This document shows, piece after piece, positions 46,980-57,038 of a stretch of DNA of 64,000 nucleotides. How positions within the stretch are numbered: position 1 is the stretch's first letter; each line of letters opens with the position of its first letter. The position numbers and the translations under genes were made by a program. This stretch comes from Trueperaceae bacterium (GTDB taxonomy: Bacteria; Deinococcota; Deinococci; Deinococcales; Trueperaceae), in the NCBI GenBank assembly GCA_034521815.1, contig JAXHLW010000013.1, forward strand, positions 704,001 to 768,000, in the 5' to 3' direction. Below the pieces are notes generated by a model that was given only the letters and a program-made list of their open reading frames with translations, searched no databases and was not told where the DNA came from.

Positions 46980-47663
46980 GTGGACGAACTCGCGGTCTTT
47001 CCGCTCGGCGTCGTCGTGTTCCCCGGCATGACGGTCCCGCTCCACGTGTTCGAGGAGCGCTACAAGCGACTCGTCAAGCATGCGGCGTCGCTCGAGCCAC
47101 CCCGTTTCGTGATCGCTCCGCCCCCCAGCGACGGCCTGGAGGACGAGGGCGCGGCGCGACCCGGCGAGGTGGGCACCATCATGGACGTCCTGGACACGAC
47201 GGAGAACCTGGACGGATCGATTCGCCTGCTGGCGCACGGTCGCGAGCGCTGCCGGGCGAGGCACGTGCGCGAGGAGCGCGTGCAGGAGCCCGGCGGGGGA
47301 GAGCGACCCCTCTGGTTCGCCGAGGTGGAGCCGTGGCCGGTCGAGCGGGGCGATCCGAACGAGGAGCGGGTCGCGGCGTGGGACGCGCTCGAGGCGTTCG
47401 ACGCGTACGGATCGGTGTTCTTCGCTCCGCAGGCGCGCGATCAGGCGTCGAACGCGATGCCCGACGACCCGCTCTACCAGGCGTCGTTCATCTGCGCGAA
47501 CCTCAGGTTGCCGACCGATCGTGCCCAGCGGCTGCTCGAGGCGCCCACGCTGGTGGATCGCTTCAAGGCGGCACGGGCGGCGATCGACGCCCGGATCGCC
47601 TCCCACGACGCCGGCGCGCCGGACGACGGGTTCGACGTCGGCGAGCCCAGCGGTCTTGCGTGA
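46980..47663 (+). CDS. LON peptidase substrate-binding (N-terminal) domain protein
   Basis: FPLGVVVFPGMTVPLHVFEERYK; GTG is 6 nt after TAGCCT. Confidence 0.85.
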   Translation: MDELAVFPLGVVVFPGMTVPLHVFEERYKRLVKHAASLEPPRFVIAPPPSDGLEDEGAARPGEVGTIMDVLDTTENLDGSIRLLAHGRERCRARHVREERVQEPGGGERPLWFAEVEPWPVERGDPNEERVAAWDALEAFDAYGSVFFAPQARDQASNAMPDDPLYQASFICANLRLPTDRAQRLLEAPTLVDRFKAARAAIDARIASHDAGAPDDGFDVGEPSGLA

Positions 47664-48751
47664 CGTCCGTCGGACCGGTCTTCAGCTGGGACCGGCTGCC
47701 GGCCGTGAGCGGCGATCTCGAGCCGACGGGCGGAACGATCCGGGGGACGCCCGACGAGTTCCGGGTCACCGAGATTCCCTCCTACCTGCCCGAGGGGCGC
47801 GGCTCGCACCTGTACCTGCGGGTGCGCAAGCGCGGGCTGACCACGCGTGATCTCGTGGTCGCGCTGCGCGATGCCGGGATTCCCGACGCGCGAATCGGCG
47901 TCGCCGGCCTGAAGGACAAGCACGCCGTGACGGAGCAGTGGCTGTCGGTACCGTGGGCGCTCCGCGAGGAGGCGTCGGCCCTGGACGAGATGCCGGGAGC
48001 GGAGGTGCTCGAGCGGTCGCGCCACCGCAACAAGCTGGGCGTCGGCCACCTGCGCGGGAATCGGTTCGAGATCGTGCTTCGCGACGTCACGGGCGACGCG
48101 GAGAGCCGGGCACGAGCCGTGGCGGACAGGCTCGCGGAGGTCGGCGTGCCGAACTACTTCGGTCCGCAGCGCTTCGGTCGCTTCGGGCGGAACGCCGTCG
48201 ACGGTCTGCGCCTGCTGGCGGGCGAGAAGGTTCCGGGCGACCGCAGGCTGCAACGCTTCTTCCTCTCCGCGGTGCAGAGCTGGATCTTCAACGAGCTCCT
48301 CGCCGGACGCATCCGCGACGGGCTGTACCGGACCGTGCTGCCCGGCGACTGGGCGCGCCGGCACGACAGCGGTGGAACGTTCCGCGTCGAGGACGCCCCG
48401 GCGGAGGCGCCGCGCGCCGAGCGGCTCGAGATCAGCGCGCTGCTGCCGCTGCACGGTCGGAAGGTGCGCATCTCGGCGGGCGAGCCGGGTCGGCGCGAGC
48501 AGGCGGCGCTTTCCGAGCTGGGCATCGCCTGGACCGACCTGACCGGGCGGCGCGGCGACCGGCGGCCGTCGCGCGTGGTCGCCGAGGACGTCACGATCGA
48601 GGCGGAGGACGATCGGCTCCGGATCGGCTTCACGCTGCCCAAAGGCGCGTACGCGACGTCGTTCCTGCGGGAGATCACCGGCCAGCCGGTGGACCAGCCT
48701 GCCACCGACGCCGACGCCGACGTTCACGAAACCGACGGCCACGAAGCGTAG
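47660..48751 (+). CDS. truD: tRNA pseudouridine(13) synthase
   Basis: Motifs AGLKDKHAVTEQW, GNRFEI, VPNYFGPQRFG, FTLPKGAYAT. Confidence 0.94.
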   Translation: MTSVGPVFSWDRLPAVSGDLEPTGGTIRGTPDEFRVTEIPSYLPEGRGSHLYLRVRKRGLTTRDLVVALRDAGIPDARIGVAGLKDKHAVTEQWLSVPWALREEASALDEMPGAEVLERSRHRNKLGVGHLRGNRFEIVLRDVTGDAESRARAVADRLAEVGVPNYFGPQRFGRFGRNAVDGLRLLAGEKVPGDRRLQRFFLSAVQSWIFNELLAGRIRDGLYRTVLPGDWARRHDSGGTFRVEDAPAEAPRAERLEISALLPLHGRKVRISAGEPGRREQAALSELGIAWTDLTGRRGDRRPSRVVAEDVTIEAEDDRLRIGFTLPKGAYATSFLREITGQPVDQPATDADADVHETDGHEA

Positions 48752-48778
48752 GGTCCGGCGCCCGACAGCGCGGCCGCC

Positions 48779-51178
48779 TCAGCGTCGACCGAGCCGGCGC
48801 CACGCCAGCTCCGTGAGCAGCAACGCGCCGGCCAGGGCCGCCGCCCACGGCGCCAGCGACCTGGGCCTGGGCGCGGGACCGGGGTTCCATGCCGCGCCGA
48901 CGTCCAGGACGGTTCCTCCGCTGGCCTCGGCCAGCGAGCGGAGCGCCGCCGCACCGTCCCCCGAGCGGAACTCGGGATCCTGGGCGACGAACCGTGCCCG
49001 CGCGACCACCTCGCGCCCCTCGGCGACGACGACCGGCTCTCCCGCCGCCGACAAGGGGAGGGGCACGGCGTAGCGGCCCGGCCCGACCGCCCGCAGCGGA
49101 AGCTCCTCGCCCCCCGTCCGCGCGACCAGCGACAAGCCGTCCAGGAACCGGCCGTTCTCGACCGCGTCGACGATCAGCGTGCCGGCGCCCGTGCCGGCGC
49201 CCGTGCCCGCCGCCCCGTCGTCGATGGTCGCCGCGAAGCGGTCGGGACGCGCCGCCAGCCATCGCACCACGTCGCCCAGCAGGCCCGGCAGCGGCTCCCA
49301 CCCGCCGAGCTCGCCCGCCCAGGCCGAAAGATCGGTGGTGAACGCGGCGGTCCGCCCCAGGCCCTGCCGACGGACGGACAGCAGCGTCTCCTCGTCGCCG
49401 TAGCTCCACAGCGCCTCCGCGTCGGGCTTCAGCGTCGTCGCCACGTAGGCGTTGGGGCCGGGCGGGGCCGGACGCCCGGCCAGCAGCGGGTGCGGCCGGA
49501 CCGCGGGGGCTCCGGGCTCCTGACGAACCAGCGACCTCGTGGCGGTGAGCGCCTCGCCGGCGAAGATCCGGGGCAGGGTGGCGACGTCCAGTGCCTCGTA
49601 GTACCGGCCCCCGCCGGCCCTGGCCAACGAGCGCAGCCGGTCGAAATCGGCTTGGGCTCCTACCGCGATGGTGCTGATGCTGATCCCGTCGTCTCGTGCC
49701 GAGACCGCCTCGGCGTCGAGGTCCAAGGGCGGCCCGCCGAACGGCCCCTCGCCGTCGTAGAGACGACCGTCCGTCAGCACGATCACGTGCTTGATCGCCG
49801 CCTCGCTGGCGCGCAACGCCTCGACCGCGTCGCGCAGGGCGGGTCCGAGCACGGTGCCGCCCCGCGTGGTGAGCGTGCGCACCGCGGCCAGCATCTCGAG
49901 CTTCCCCCGAGCGGTCGCCGGCCGTAGCTCGAACACCCACTCGCGCTCGTCGCTGAACGCGATCAGCCCCAGCAGATCGCGTTCGAACGCCAGCTCGACG
50001 ACCTCGGCCGCCCCTTGCCGCGCCAGCGCGATCTTGCTTGGCGACCCGCCTGCCATCGACTGCGAGCGGTCCACCACCATCACCATGGCCACGAGCGGAA
50101 CCCGCACGTCGGTGCGCAGGTCGCCGTCGACAGGAAGGGTGGCCTCGATCGGCGTCCGGTACCAGCCGCCGAGGCCGAAGCTCTCCGGCCCACCGGTCAT
50201 CATCAGGCCGCCGCCGTCGTCCACCCAGCCCGCGAGCGCGTCGAGCTGCGAGCTCGTGAACGATGTGGCCGGCGCGCGCAGGACGACGGCGCCGGCGTCG
50301 ATCGGCAGGCGCAGATCGCCGGGCTCGAGCTCGACGACGTCGAGACCCTGGGCGCGGAGCATCGCGGCCAGGGCAGCGTCGCCGACGACCCGGACGGGAT
50401 CCCGCGTCGTCAGGTCCACGCTGGCGACCAGCGTGTCGTCGGCGGTAGGTTGCTCCCACGGCACCTCGAGGCGCGCCTCGACGCGGGCGGGACCGGCCAC
50501 GGGCAGCGGGATCCGGAACGACTCGGAGGTGCCGGCCGGACCGAGGGCGGTGACGCGCCGCGCCACCTCCTCGCCCCCGACGAAGAGCGTGATCACACCG
50601 TCGCCCGGTCGGTCGGACCGCACCCGGACGTCCGCACGGACGGTGGCGCCCGGATCCGCGTCGACGGGCAGATCCAGCCCCTCCACGCGCGCGTCGTCGC
50701 GTCGCGTCACCGGCAGCACGTCGACCGGCACCGCCGGACGCGCCTGGGCGAGGCCCGAGCGCGTGTCCAACCCGTCGGAGATCAGCAGCACCCGGCCGAC
50801 GCCGCGAGCGGCGACGGTGTCCAGCGCCCGCGCCAGGTCGGAGCGTCCCGGCGCCAGGACCGGATCCACGCTGGCCTCGAGCGACGCGACCTGCGCGGCC
50901 TCGCCGGCCGCGAACCACACCTCGACGTCGGCGGGAAGACCCGTGCCTGCGACGGCTCGCGCGGCAGCGAGCGCGGCTGGGCGTGCGCTGTCGGAGACGT
51001 CGACCACCAGCGCGGTCGTCTGAGCGGGACGGGGAGCGACGGGCTGGGCCAACGCGACGAACAACGAGGCCAACGCCGCCGCACGCAGCACGAAGCCGCG
51101 TCCGCGCGGGAGCCACGGAAGCGCCAGCAGCCCGAGCAGCCACCACGGGTGCGCCAGCGCCAACGGAAAGCCGTCCAC
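48779..51178 (-). CDS. Membrane-anchored vWA domain protein with a glutamine-amidotransferase-like middle domain
   Basis: BatA-like N-terminus (HPWWLLGLLALP); MIDAS-like DVSDS and DRSQS; GGGLMMTGGPESFGLGGW..TPIE..LPV; C-terminal TM. Confidence 0.8.
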   Translation of the reverse strand: MDGFPLALAHPWWLLGLLALPWLPRGRGFVLRAAALASLFVALAQPVAPRPAQTTALVVDVSDSARPAALAAARAVAGTGLPADVEVWFAAGEAAQVASLEASVDPVLAPGRSDLARALDTVAARGVGRVLLISDGLDTRSGLAQARPAVPVDVLPVTRRDDARVEGLDLPVDADPGATVRADVRVRSDRPGDGVITLFVGGEEVARRVTALGPAGTSESFRIPLPVAGPARVEARLEVPWEQPTADDTLVASVDLTTRDPVRVVGDAALAAMLRAQGLDVVELEPGDLRLPIDAGAVVLRAPATSFTSSQLDALAGWVDDGGGLMMTGGPESFGLGGWYRTPIEATLPVDGDLRTDVRVPLVAMVMVVDRSQSMAGGSPSKIALARQGAAEVVELAFERDLLGLIAFSDEREWVFELRPATARGKLEMLAAVRTLTTRGGTVLGPALRDAVEALRASEAAIKHVIVLTDGRLYDGEGPFGGPPLDLDAEAVSARDDGISISTIAVGAQADFDRLRSLARAGGGRYYEALDVATLPRIFAGEALTATRSLVRQEPGAPAVRPHPLLAGRPAPPGPNAYVATTLKPDAEALWSYGDEETLLSVRRQGLGRTAAFTTDLSAWAGELGGWEPLPGLLGDVVRWLAARPDRFAATIDDGAAGTGAGTGAGTLIVDAVENGRFLDGLSLVARTGGEELPLRAVGPGRYAVPLPLSAAGEPVVVAEGREVVARARFVAQDPEFRSGDGAAALRSLAEASGGTVLDVGAAWNPGPAPRPRSLAPWAAALAGALLLTELAWRRLGRR

Positions 51179-51241
51179 GGCGCCATGCTAGCAGCCTTCG
51201 GCGCGGGTCTCCGCCTCGTCGCGCTGCTATGATGGCCGGCG

Positions 51242-52429
51242 ATGGACTCGTCGCGCTCTTCGCCGACTACGAAGGCCACGGTGGTACTCGCGACCGACGG
51301 CGAAGCGCGCGGCGTCGGACTCAGGCGCGTGACGGACGCTCTGGGCTACGCCAGCGAGGTGTTCACCGACGTCGAGGCGCTGCTCTACCACACGCGCGGG
51401 AACGTCCCCGAGGCGCTGGTGATCGAGCAGGCGCTGATCGATCGGGTGCCGCAGCTCGACGTGCTTACGCTGCTGCGGCGCAGGACCGCGCTCGCGGAGG
51501 TCCCGTTCCTGGTGCTCGGGGCGGACGACGCGGAGCGGCACGAGCGCGCCATCGCGTCGGGCGCGGACGTGTACCTGTCGCTACCGACGCGTCCCGCCGT
51601 GCTCCGTGCGCACCTGACGCGGCTGCTGGACCGCCGCCAACGCGACCGCCAGCTTCGCGCCGCGCTCGAGCGTGCCCGCAGCTTCGAGCAGGCGTACAAG
51701 GAGTCCGAGCGCGTCAAGGACGACCTCACCCACATGCTCGTGCACGACCTGAAGAGCCCGGTCGCGAGCGTGATGGGTCTGCTGGACCACAGCATCGAGA
51801 TGCTGGCCGCGGACAGCGGCGACGCCTCGATCGCCGAGCTGCTGGCGCTGGCCCGCAACGAGTCGCAGCACCTGCTCAACCTCGCGGCGAACATCCTGGA
51901 CGTGCGCCGCATGAAGGAGGGGCACATGCCGTTCGCGCCCGAGTCGGTGGCCAGCCTGACCGACCTCGCGAAGGAGGCTCTGGGCGACGTCGCGGGCGGA
52001 CCGCGCGAGCGGAACTTCGGCTTCCTCGTGAGGCCGGAGGCCGAGATGCTGGACGCCGATCCGAAGCTTCTGCGCCGCGTGATCGCGAACCTGCTCGCCA
52101 ACGCGATCAAGCACACCCGCCGCGGCGGCTACATCGACTTCCGGGCGTGGAAGCAGGACGACGGCTACGTGCTGTCCGTGCGCGACGACGGCGAGGGGAT
52201 CCCCGAGGCCGACCAGAAGCGGATCTTCAATGCGTTCGAGCAGTCGCGCCACACGATCCACGACCGGTTCGACACCGGCATGGGCCTGACGTTCTGCAAG
52301 CTCGCCGTCGAGAAGCACGGCGGCGCCATCTGGGTCGAGTCCAAGGTCGGCAAGGGCAGCACGTTCTTCTTCACCGTCCCCGCGCAGGTCCCCGAGCCCA
52401 CGCTGGATCCTCCCGTGGACGTCGTCTGA
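51242..52429 (+). CDS. Histidine kinase with an N-terminal degenerate receiver domain
   Basis: H-box HDLKSP, N-box NLLANAIKH, G1 DDGEGIP, G2 GMGL; the receiver-like N-terminus lacks canonical Asp/Lys. Confidence 0.88.
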   Translation: MDSSRSSPTTKATVVLATDGEARGVGLRRVTDALGYASEVFTDVEALLYHTRGNVPEALVIEQALIDRVPQLDVLTLLRRRTALAEVPFLVLGADDAERHERAIASGADVYLSLPTRPAVLRAHLTRLLDRRQRDRQLRAALERARSFEQAYKESERVKDDLTHMLVHDLKSPVASVMGLLDHSIEMLAADSGDASIAELLALARNESQHLLNLAANILDVRRMKEGHMPFAPESVASLTDLAKEALGDVAGGPRERNFGFLVRPEAEMLDADPKLLRRVIANLLANAIKHTRRGGYIDFRAWKQDDGYVLSVRDDGEGIPEADQKRIFNAFEQSRHTIHDRFDTGMGLTFCKLAVEKHGGAIWVESKVGKGSTFFFTVPAQVPEPTLDPPVDVV

Positions 52430-52445
52430 TCGTTCCTCGGGCCTC

Positions 52446-53120
52446 GTGGTGACGTCGCCCCCAGGCCGGTCGACAGCGTCGCGCCGGTCGACACCGTCGC
52501 GCCGGTCGTCGTTGCCGGGGTGGTCGTTCGAGGAGCGCCTCTGGGCGGCGGGCCACACGCCGGTCGCGGGCGTCGACGAAGCCGGCCGCGGGGCGCTGGC
52601 CGGACCGATCGTCGCGGCGGCGGTGATCCTGCCACCGGGCGACCATCCGTTCAGGGATTCGAAGACCGTGGCGCCGGCCACGCGCGAGCGTCTGGCCGAC
52701 GAGGTGCGGGCCTGCGCCGTCGCGTGGGGGGTGGGCCGCGCCGAGGCGGACGAGATCGACGAGCTGGGGGTCCCCGGCGCGACCCGTCTGGCGGCCCGTC
52801 GCGCGCTGGCGAGGCTGCCGATACGGCCCGGCGGACTGGTGACGGACTGGCTGGACCTGCCGGGCCCGTGGGCGGTCCTGGCGCCGGCCCGTGCCGACGC
52901 CCGTAGCCTGCAGGCCGCCGCCGCCAGCCTGCTCGCCAAGACCGAGCGAGATCGCTGGATGGTCGGGACCGCCGAGCTTCGCTGGCCCGGGTACGGTTTC
53001 GCACGGCACAAGGGGTACGGCGCCCCGGCGCACCTTCGCGCCCTTCACGCGCTCGGGCCGTGCGCCACCCACCGACGCCGCTTCGCTCCTGTCGCGCAGG
53101 CGCCGTTGTTCGTGCCTTGA
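52446..53120 (+). CDS. rnhB: Ribonuclease HII
   Basis: Motifs GVDEAGRGALAGP, DSK, AAASLLAKTERD, HKGYG, HRRRF. The N-terminus contains an 18-bp tandem repeat; start uncertain. Confidence 0.92.
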   Translation: MVTSPPGRSTASRRSTPSRRSSLPGWSFEERLWAAGHTPVAGVDEAGRGALAGPIVAAAVILPPGDHPFRDSKTVAPATRERLADEVRACAVAWGVGRAEADEIDELGVPGATRLAARRALARLPIRPGGLVTDWLDLPGPWAVLAPARADARSLQAAAASLLAKTERDRWMVGTAELRWPGYGFARHKGYGAPAHLRALHALGPCATHRRRFAPVAQAPLFVP

Positions 53121-53243
53121 GGGCCGCGCCGTCGTGCCTGCGCTTGGGGCCGAGCGGCGACCGCGGTATCCTCGCCTACGATTCGACCTACTGCGGAGCT
53201 ACCGAGTGCCAGTTACGCGGCCCAGCCGCGCGAGGAGGAACCC

Positions 53244-54041
53244 GTGGCCGAGTGCATCGGCGTCAAGTACGACAACGGTCCCAAGATCCATTGGGTGACG
53301 GCCGGCGAGACCGTGCCCGATCCGGGACAACGCTGCGTGATCCGGAGTCGGCGCGGGCTCGAGATCGGCCTCGTCCGGTCGGGTCCGACCTCGCAGGAGC
53401 GCAGCTCCGGCGAGGTCGTCCGGATCGCCGACGAGCAGGACCTCGCCACCCGGCAGCACCTCGCCCAGCGGGCGGAGGACCTCACCTGGCTGCTCAGGGC
53501 CCGCTCGCGCCAGAGCGGTTCGGACGTGAAGATCGTGTCGCTCGAGTTCACGCTGGACGAGAGCGTTCTGATCGTGCACTACGCGTCGGAAAAGAGGCCG
53601 ACGCTGCGCGTGCTGGCGCAGGAGCTCGTCAAGCACACCGCGGCACGCGTCGAGTTCGTGAACGTCGGTCCACGCGACGAGGCGCGGATCCTGGGGACGT
53701 TGGGCGCGTGCGGAAGCGGCTCGTGCTCCTCGACCTGGCTGCAAGGGTTCAGCTCGGTCTCGATCCGCATGGCGCGCGACCAGCAGCTGCCCCTCAACCC
53801 GGAGAAGATCAGCGGACCCTGCGGACGCCTGATGTGCTGCCTGCAGTACGAGCACGACATGTACAAGCAGCTGCTCAAGCGGCTTCCCAAGCGGGGCGGC
53901 AAGGCGTGCCACACCGAGACGGGCGCGTGCGGACGCGTCGTGAAGCTCGATCCGCTGCGCGGGACGGCGGACCTGAAGACGGACGAGGGCTACCTCGAGA
54001 ACGTTCCCGCGGACCAGCTCGAGCGTCCCAAGAGCCGCTGA
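53244..54041 (+). CDS. ricT: PSP1/RicT (YaaT) family protein
   Basis: VGPRDEARILG.LGACG, VSIRMARDQQLPLNPEKISGPCGRLMCCLQYE; SD GAGGAGG. Confidence 0.88.
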   Translation: MAECIGVKYDNGPKIHWVTAGETVPDPGQRCVIRSRRGLEIGLVRSGPTSQERSSGEVVRIADEQDLATRQHLAQRAEDLTWLLRARSRQSGSDVKIVSLEFTLDESVLIVHYASEKRPTLRVLAQELVKHTAARVEFVNVGPRDEARILGTLGACGSGSCSSTWLQGFSSVSIRMARDQQLPLNPEKISGPCGRLMCCLQYEHDMYKQLLKRLPKRGGKACHTETGACGRVVKLDPLRGTADLKTDEGYLENVPADQLERPKSR

Positions 54042-54051
54042 CGCGAGGCGC

Positions 54052-55005
54052 TCAGGAACGACCGCGGGCCGGGACCGGCGTCGCGTCCGCCGGGGCCGCT
54101 GGGCCCGCCGCGCGCACGCGCAACGTCAGGGCGTGCGCCACGACGGCGCTCGACACGTACGCTCGTCGTGCGTCGTCGGCCTCCAGGACGGCGTCGAGCG
54201 CGGCGGCGTAGCGTTCCGGCGCGTCGCGCCGCACGTGCTCGAGCAGCACGCCCATCGGCGAGCGCTGCTGATGCGTGCCCCACGCCTCCAGCCAGGCCTC
54301 GCCCGCGGCCAGCGCCTCGTCCAGAGGCCCGTCGAGCGCCGCGACCCAGGCGGCCGCGGCGTCGCGCAGGGCGCGCTCGGCGTCGGGGTCGTCGCGAGCG
54401 GCTCGCAGCCGGCCCAGCTGCCCGGTCCGTAGCGCTGGATGCGGGGCGAGGTCGTCGTACCCGTCCGTCGGCGCGGCCCCGAAGCGCACCACCAGGCAGC
54501 GCGACGCCAGCGTCGGAAGCAGGGCGTCCGCGCTCGGCGCGATCAGAACGATCGTCGCCCAGCCGGGCGGCTCCTCGAGCATCTTCAGGAAGGCGTTCCC
54601 GGCCGCCTCGTTGAGCGTGTGCGCGTCGTCGATCACCCCGACGCGCCGGCGGAAGCGGGGACGCTGCTCGAGCCAGCGCGACAGCGGCTCGGGATCGGCC
54701 TTCGGGCCCGTTCTCGGTACCATCTGATCGATCGTCAGGGTGGGCCGGAGCGACGTACGGCCGCTGCGGGTGGTGGCCTGCGGCGCCTTGATCATCAGGT
54801 CGGGATGGGCCCCGTGCTGCGCCACGCGGCAGCTTTCGCAGCGACCGCACGGCTCGGCCTCGGGACGCTCGCAGTTGAGCCAGCGCGCCCACCAGAGCGC
54901 GACCGTGCGGCGCCCGACGGCCTCCGGACCGACGAACGCCAGCGAGCGGGCCGACACCAGGCGCAGCAGATCGCGCGCCTCCTCGTGCCCGACGACGTCG
55001 TTCAC
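54052..55005 (-). CDS. holB: DNA polymerase III delta' subunit
   Basis: VVGHE, degenerate Walker A (GPEAVGR), LNC...PCGRCESC, HPDL, NAFLKMLEEPP, LLPTLASRC. Confidence 0.88.
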   Translation of the reverse strand: MNDVVGHEEARDLLRLVSARSLAFVGPEAVGRRTVALWWARWLNCERPEAEPCGRCESCRVAQHGAHPDLMIKAPQATTRSGRTSLRPTLTIDQMVPRTGPKADPEPLSRWLEQRPRFRRRVGVIDDAHTLNEAAGNAFLKMLEEPPGWATIVLIAPSADALLPTLASRCLVVRFGAAPTDGYDDLAPHPALRTGQLGRLRAARDDPDAERALRDAAAAWVAALDGPLDEALAAGEAWLEAWGTHQQRSPMGVLLEHVRRDAPERYAAALDAVLEADDARRAYVSSAVVAHALTLRVRAAGPAAPADATPVPARGRS

Positions 55006-55769
55006 CGACCGACCGCCAGACGGGCGGCCAACGCCTCGGGGTACTCCGCCTCGCGAACGGCACGTTGGACCTTGACGATGTCGAACGCCACCCGGATCAC
55101 GTCGAACCGCCGCCGCTCCACGTCGAAGAGCCCATACGACGCGAGGGGGAGGCTGTCGCGCGGCTGGCCGACCGAGCCCGGGTTCAGGAAGCCCGACGCG
55201 CGCGGGGGCATGCGATAGGTGCCCGCTTCCTCGCGGAACGTCACCTGGCGCCACATCGCCGTCCCGTTGGGCGCGGTGGCGGCGGCCAGCACGCGCGGGA
55301 CGTGGGTGTGGCCCACCAGGCAGATCGGCCGGCTGAGGTAGGGGAGATTCTCCTCGGCCTCGGGCAGTCCGTGCAGGTACTGCCACGGCCGGACCAGTCC
55401 GCCGTGGACCGCCTCGAACGACGCCTCCACGTGGTGCGTCTCGAGCGTCCGGAGCCAGTCGAGCGCGGCCGGAGAAAGCGCTTCGGCCTGCCTCTCGAGC
55501 ACAGGGCCGACCACCGACCCGCCGCTCATCCCGCTCGGTCCGGTCGTCCCGTCGACGACGGACAACAGCTGGGCGTCGTGGTTGCCCAGCAGGTTGAAGG
55601 CGGGCTCCAGCTCCTGTAGCGCCGTCACCACCTCCTCGGGCGCGGGGTAGTACCCCACGGCGTCGCCCAGGAACACGGTGGCGTCGAAGCCCCGTCTCCG
55701 TGCGTCGCGGAGCACGGCGTCGAGGGCGACCGCGTTGCCGTGGACGTCGCTGATGACCAGGTAGCGCAC
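55002..55769 (-). CDS. Metallophosphoesterase family protein
   Basis: Motifs ISDVHGN, LGDAVGY, GNHD, VGHTH, NPGSVGQPRD. Confidence 0.9.
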   Translation of the reverse strand: MRYLVISDVHGNAVALDAVLRDARRRGFDATVFLGDAVGYYPAPEEVVTALQELEPAFNLLGNHDAQLLSVVDGTTGPSGMSGGSVVGPVLERQAEALSPAALDWLRTLETHHVEASFEAVHGGLVRPWQYLHGLPEAEENLPYLSRPICLVGHTHVPRVLAAATAPNGTAMWRQVTFREEAGTYRMPPRASGFLNPGSVGQPRDSLPLASYGLFDVERRRFDVIRVAFDIVKVQRAVREAEYPEALAARLAVGR

Positions 55770-55834
55770 GCCGAACGATATCACCGCGCTGGTCGGCGCT
55801 CCTGGGGTGCGCCGGCACGGGCTATACTGGCGCG

Positions 55835-56953
55835 ATGCCCGCCCGCTCGGTCGCGACGCTCGTTCGATTGCTGCTGATCATCGGCGCCCTCTCCGGATGG
55901 GCCGCCGCACAGATCACCGTGCCCCGGCTGGGGACGCGGGGCGACGTGCCGGGCGCCCTGGTGGACGAGGTCACGACCGGCATCCGTGCGGGCCTGCTCG
56001 AGGCGGGTCTCGAGGTGCGGCTGGGCGAGCTGATCACCCCAGGCATCGCGGGAAGCCTGGAGCCGGAGTTCACGCGTCTGATCGGCGAGATCGACGGCAG
56101 CGCGTACGCGGTGTCCGGCGAGGTCGCCGAGGCGGCGCCGGGCGCGGCCGCGCCGTGGCTGGTGAACGTCATCGCCGTCGACGTCGAGACCGGCCGTGCG
56201 ACCGATCTGCTCAGCCGTCCCGTCGTGAGCGACGGAACGGCCGCCGGGCTACGGCTGGCCCGCGAGATCGCGGTGTTCGCGCAGCCCCTGGCGAGGCTCC
56301 CCGCCGGGGACGCCGGGCTGTTCGTGTCCAGCGAGCCGCGCGGCGCCCGTGTGCTGGTCGAGGGCGTCGGCATCGGCGTCACGCCGGACGTCGAGCCGAT
56401 GATGCTCGAGCCGGGACGCTATCGCATCGAGCTTCGTTCCGACGGCTTCCTCCCCGAGACCCGGAGCGTCGAGGTCCGCCCGGGCGAGACGCGGTTCGTG
56501 CACGTGGTGCTGACCCCGATCAGCGGCGGCAGCGTGCGCGTCGAGTCGGTCCCAGAAGCCCGCGTGTCGCTGGACGACGACCCGCACGGCCGGACGCCGG
56601 CCACCCTTCCGGCGCTGCCCGGTCGGCACGTGCTGCTGCTCGAGCGCGCCGGCTTCGCGCCCGAGCGCATCGAGGTACCGGTGCGAACCTACCGGGTCAC
56701 GCGCGTCAGCGCTCAGCTCGAGCCGTTGCGTCAGCCGACGGTGTTCTGGGACGAGGAGCGCAGCACCGTCGTCCGCATCGACGGCCGGCTGCAGGTCGGC
56801 GGGTGGGCCGAGACGATCGAGCCGGGGCTGCGGCGGATCGAGCTGATCCGCCCCGAGGGACGGATCGACGTGCTGCGCGCGATCCCCCTCGAGGGCGTGT
56901 TCGAGCTCGATCTCGAGACCGGCGATCTGCGCCGCATCGACACGTCGCCCTGA
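55835..56953 (+). CDS. Secreted PEGA domain protein
   Basis: Signal peptide; two PEGA repeats (VSSEPRGARVLVEG..IGVTP; VESVPEARVSLDD..GRTP). Confidence 0.8.
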   Translation: MPARSVATLVRLLLIIGALSGWAAAQITVPRLGTRGDVPGALVDEVTTGIRAGLLEAGLEVRLGELITPGIAGSLEPEFTRLIGEIDGSAYAVSGEVAEAAPGAAAPWLVNVIAVDVETGRATDLLSRPVVSDGTAAGLRLAREIAVFAQPLARLPAGDAGLFVSSEPRGARVLVEGVGIGVTPDVEPMMLEPGRYRIELRSDGFLPETRSVEVRPGETRFVHVVLTPISGGSVRVESVPEARVSLDDDPHGRTPATLPALPGRHVLLLERAGFAPERIEVPVRTYRVTRVSAQLEPLRQPTVFWDEERSTVVRIDGRLQVGGWAETIEPGLRRIELIRPEGRIDVLRAIPLEGVFELDLETGDLRRIDTSP

Positions 56954-56997
56954 CCCCTCGCCCCGACCCCGCGCCCCGACCCCGCGCCCCGACCCCG
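56946..56997 (-). repeat. 13-bp tandem repeat x4 giving seven GGGG runs on the minus strand (G-quadruplex motif)
   Basis: + strand CGCCCYGACCCCK units at 56946, 56959, 56972 and 56985. Confidence 0.85.
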
Positions 56998-57038
56998 CGC
57001 GTCGCCTTGTCGTCGGGCCGGCGCCCGCCGTCCTCGGC

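Noticed and set aside
54915..54945. Degenerate Walker A in holB as a sign of pseudogenisation
   Set aside because: Delta' subunits normally lack a functional P-loop.
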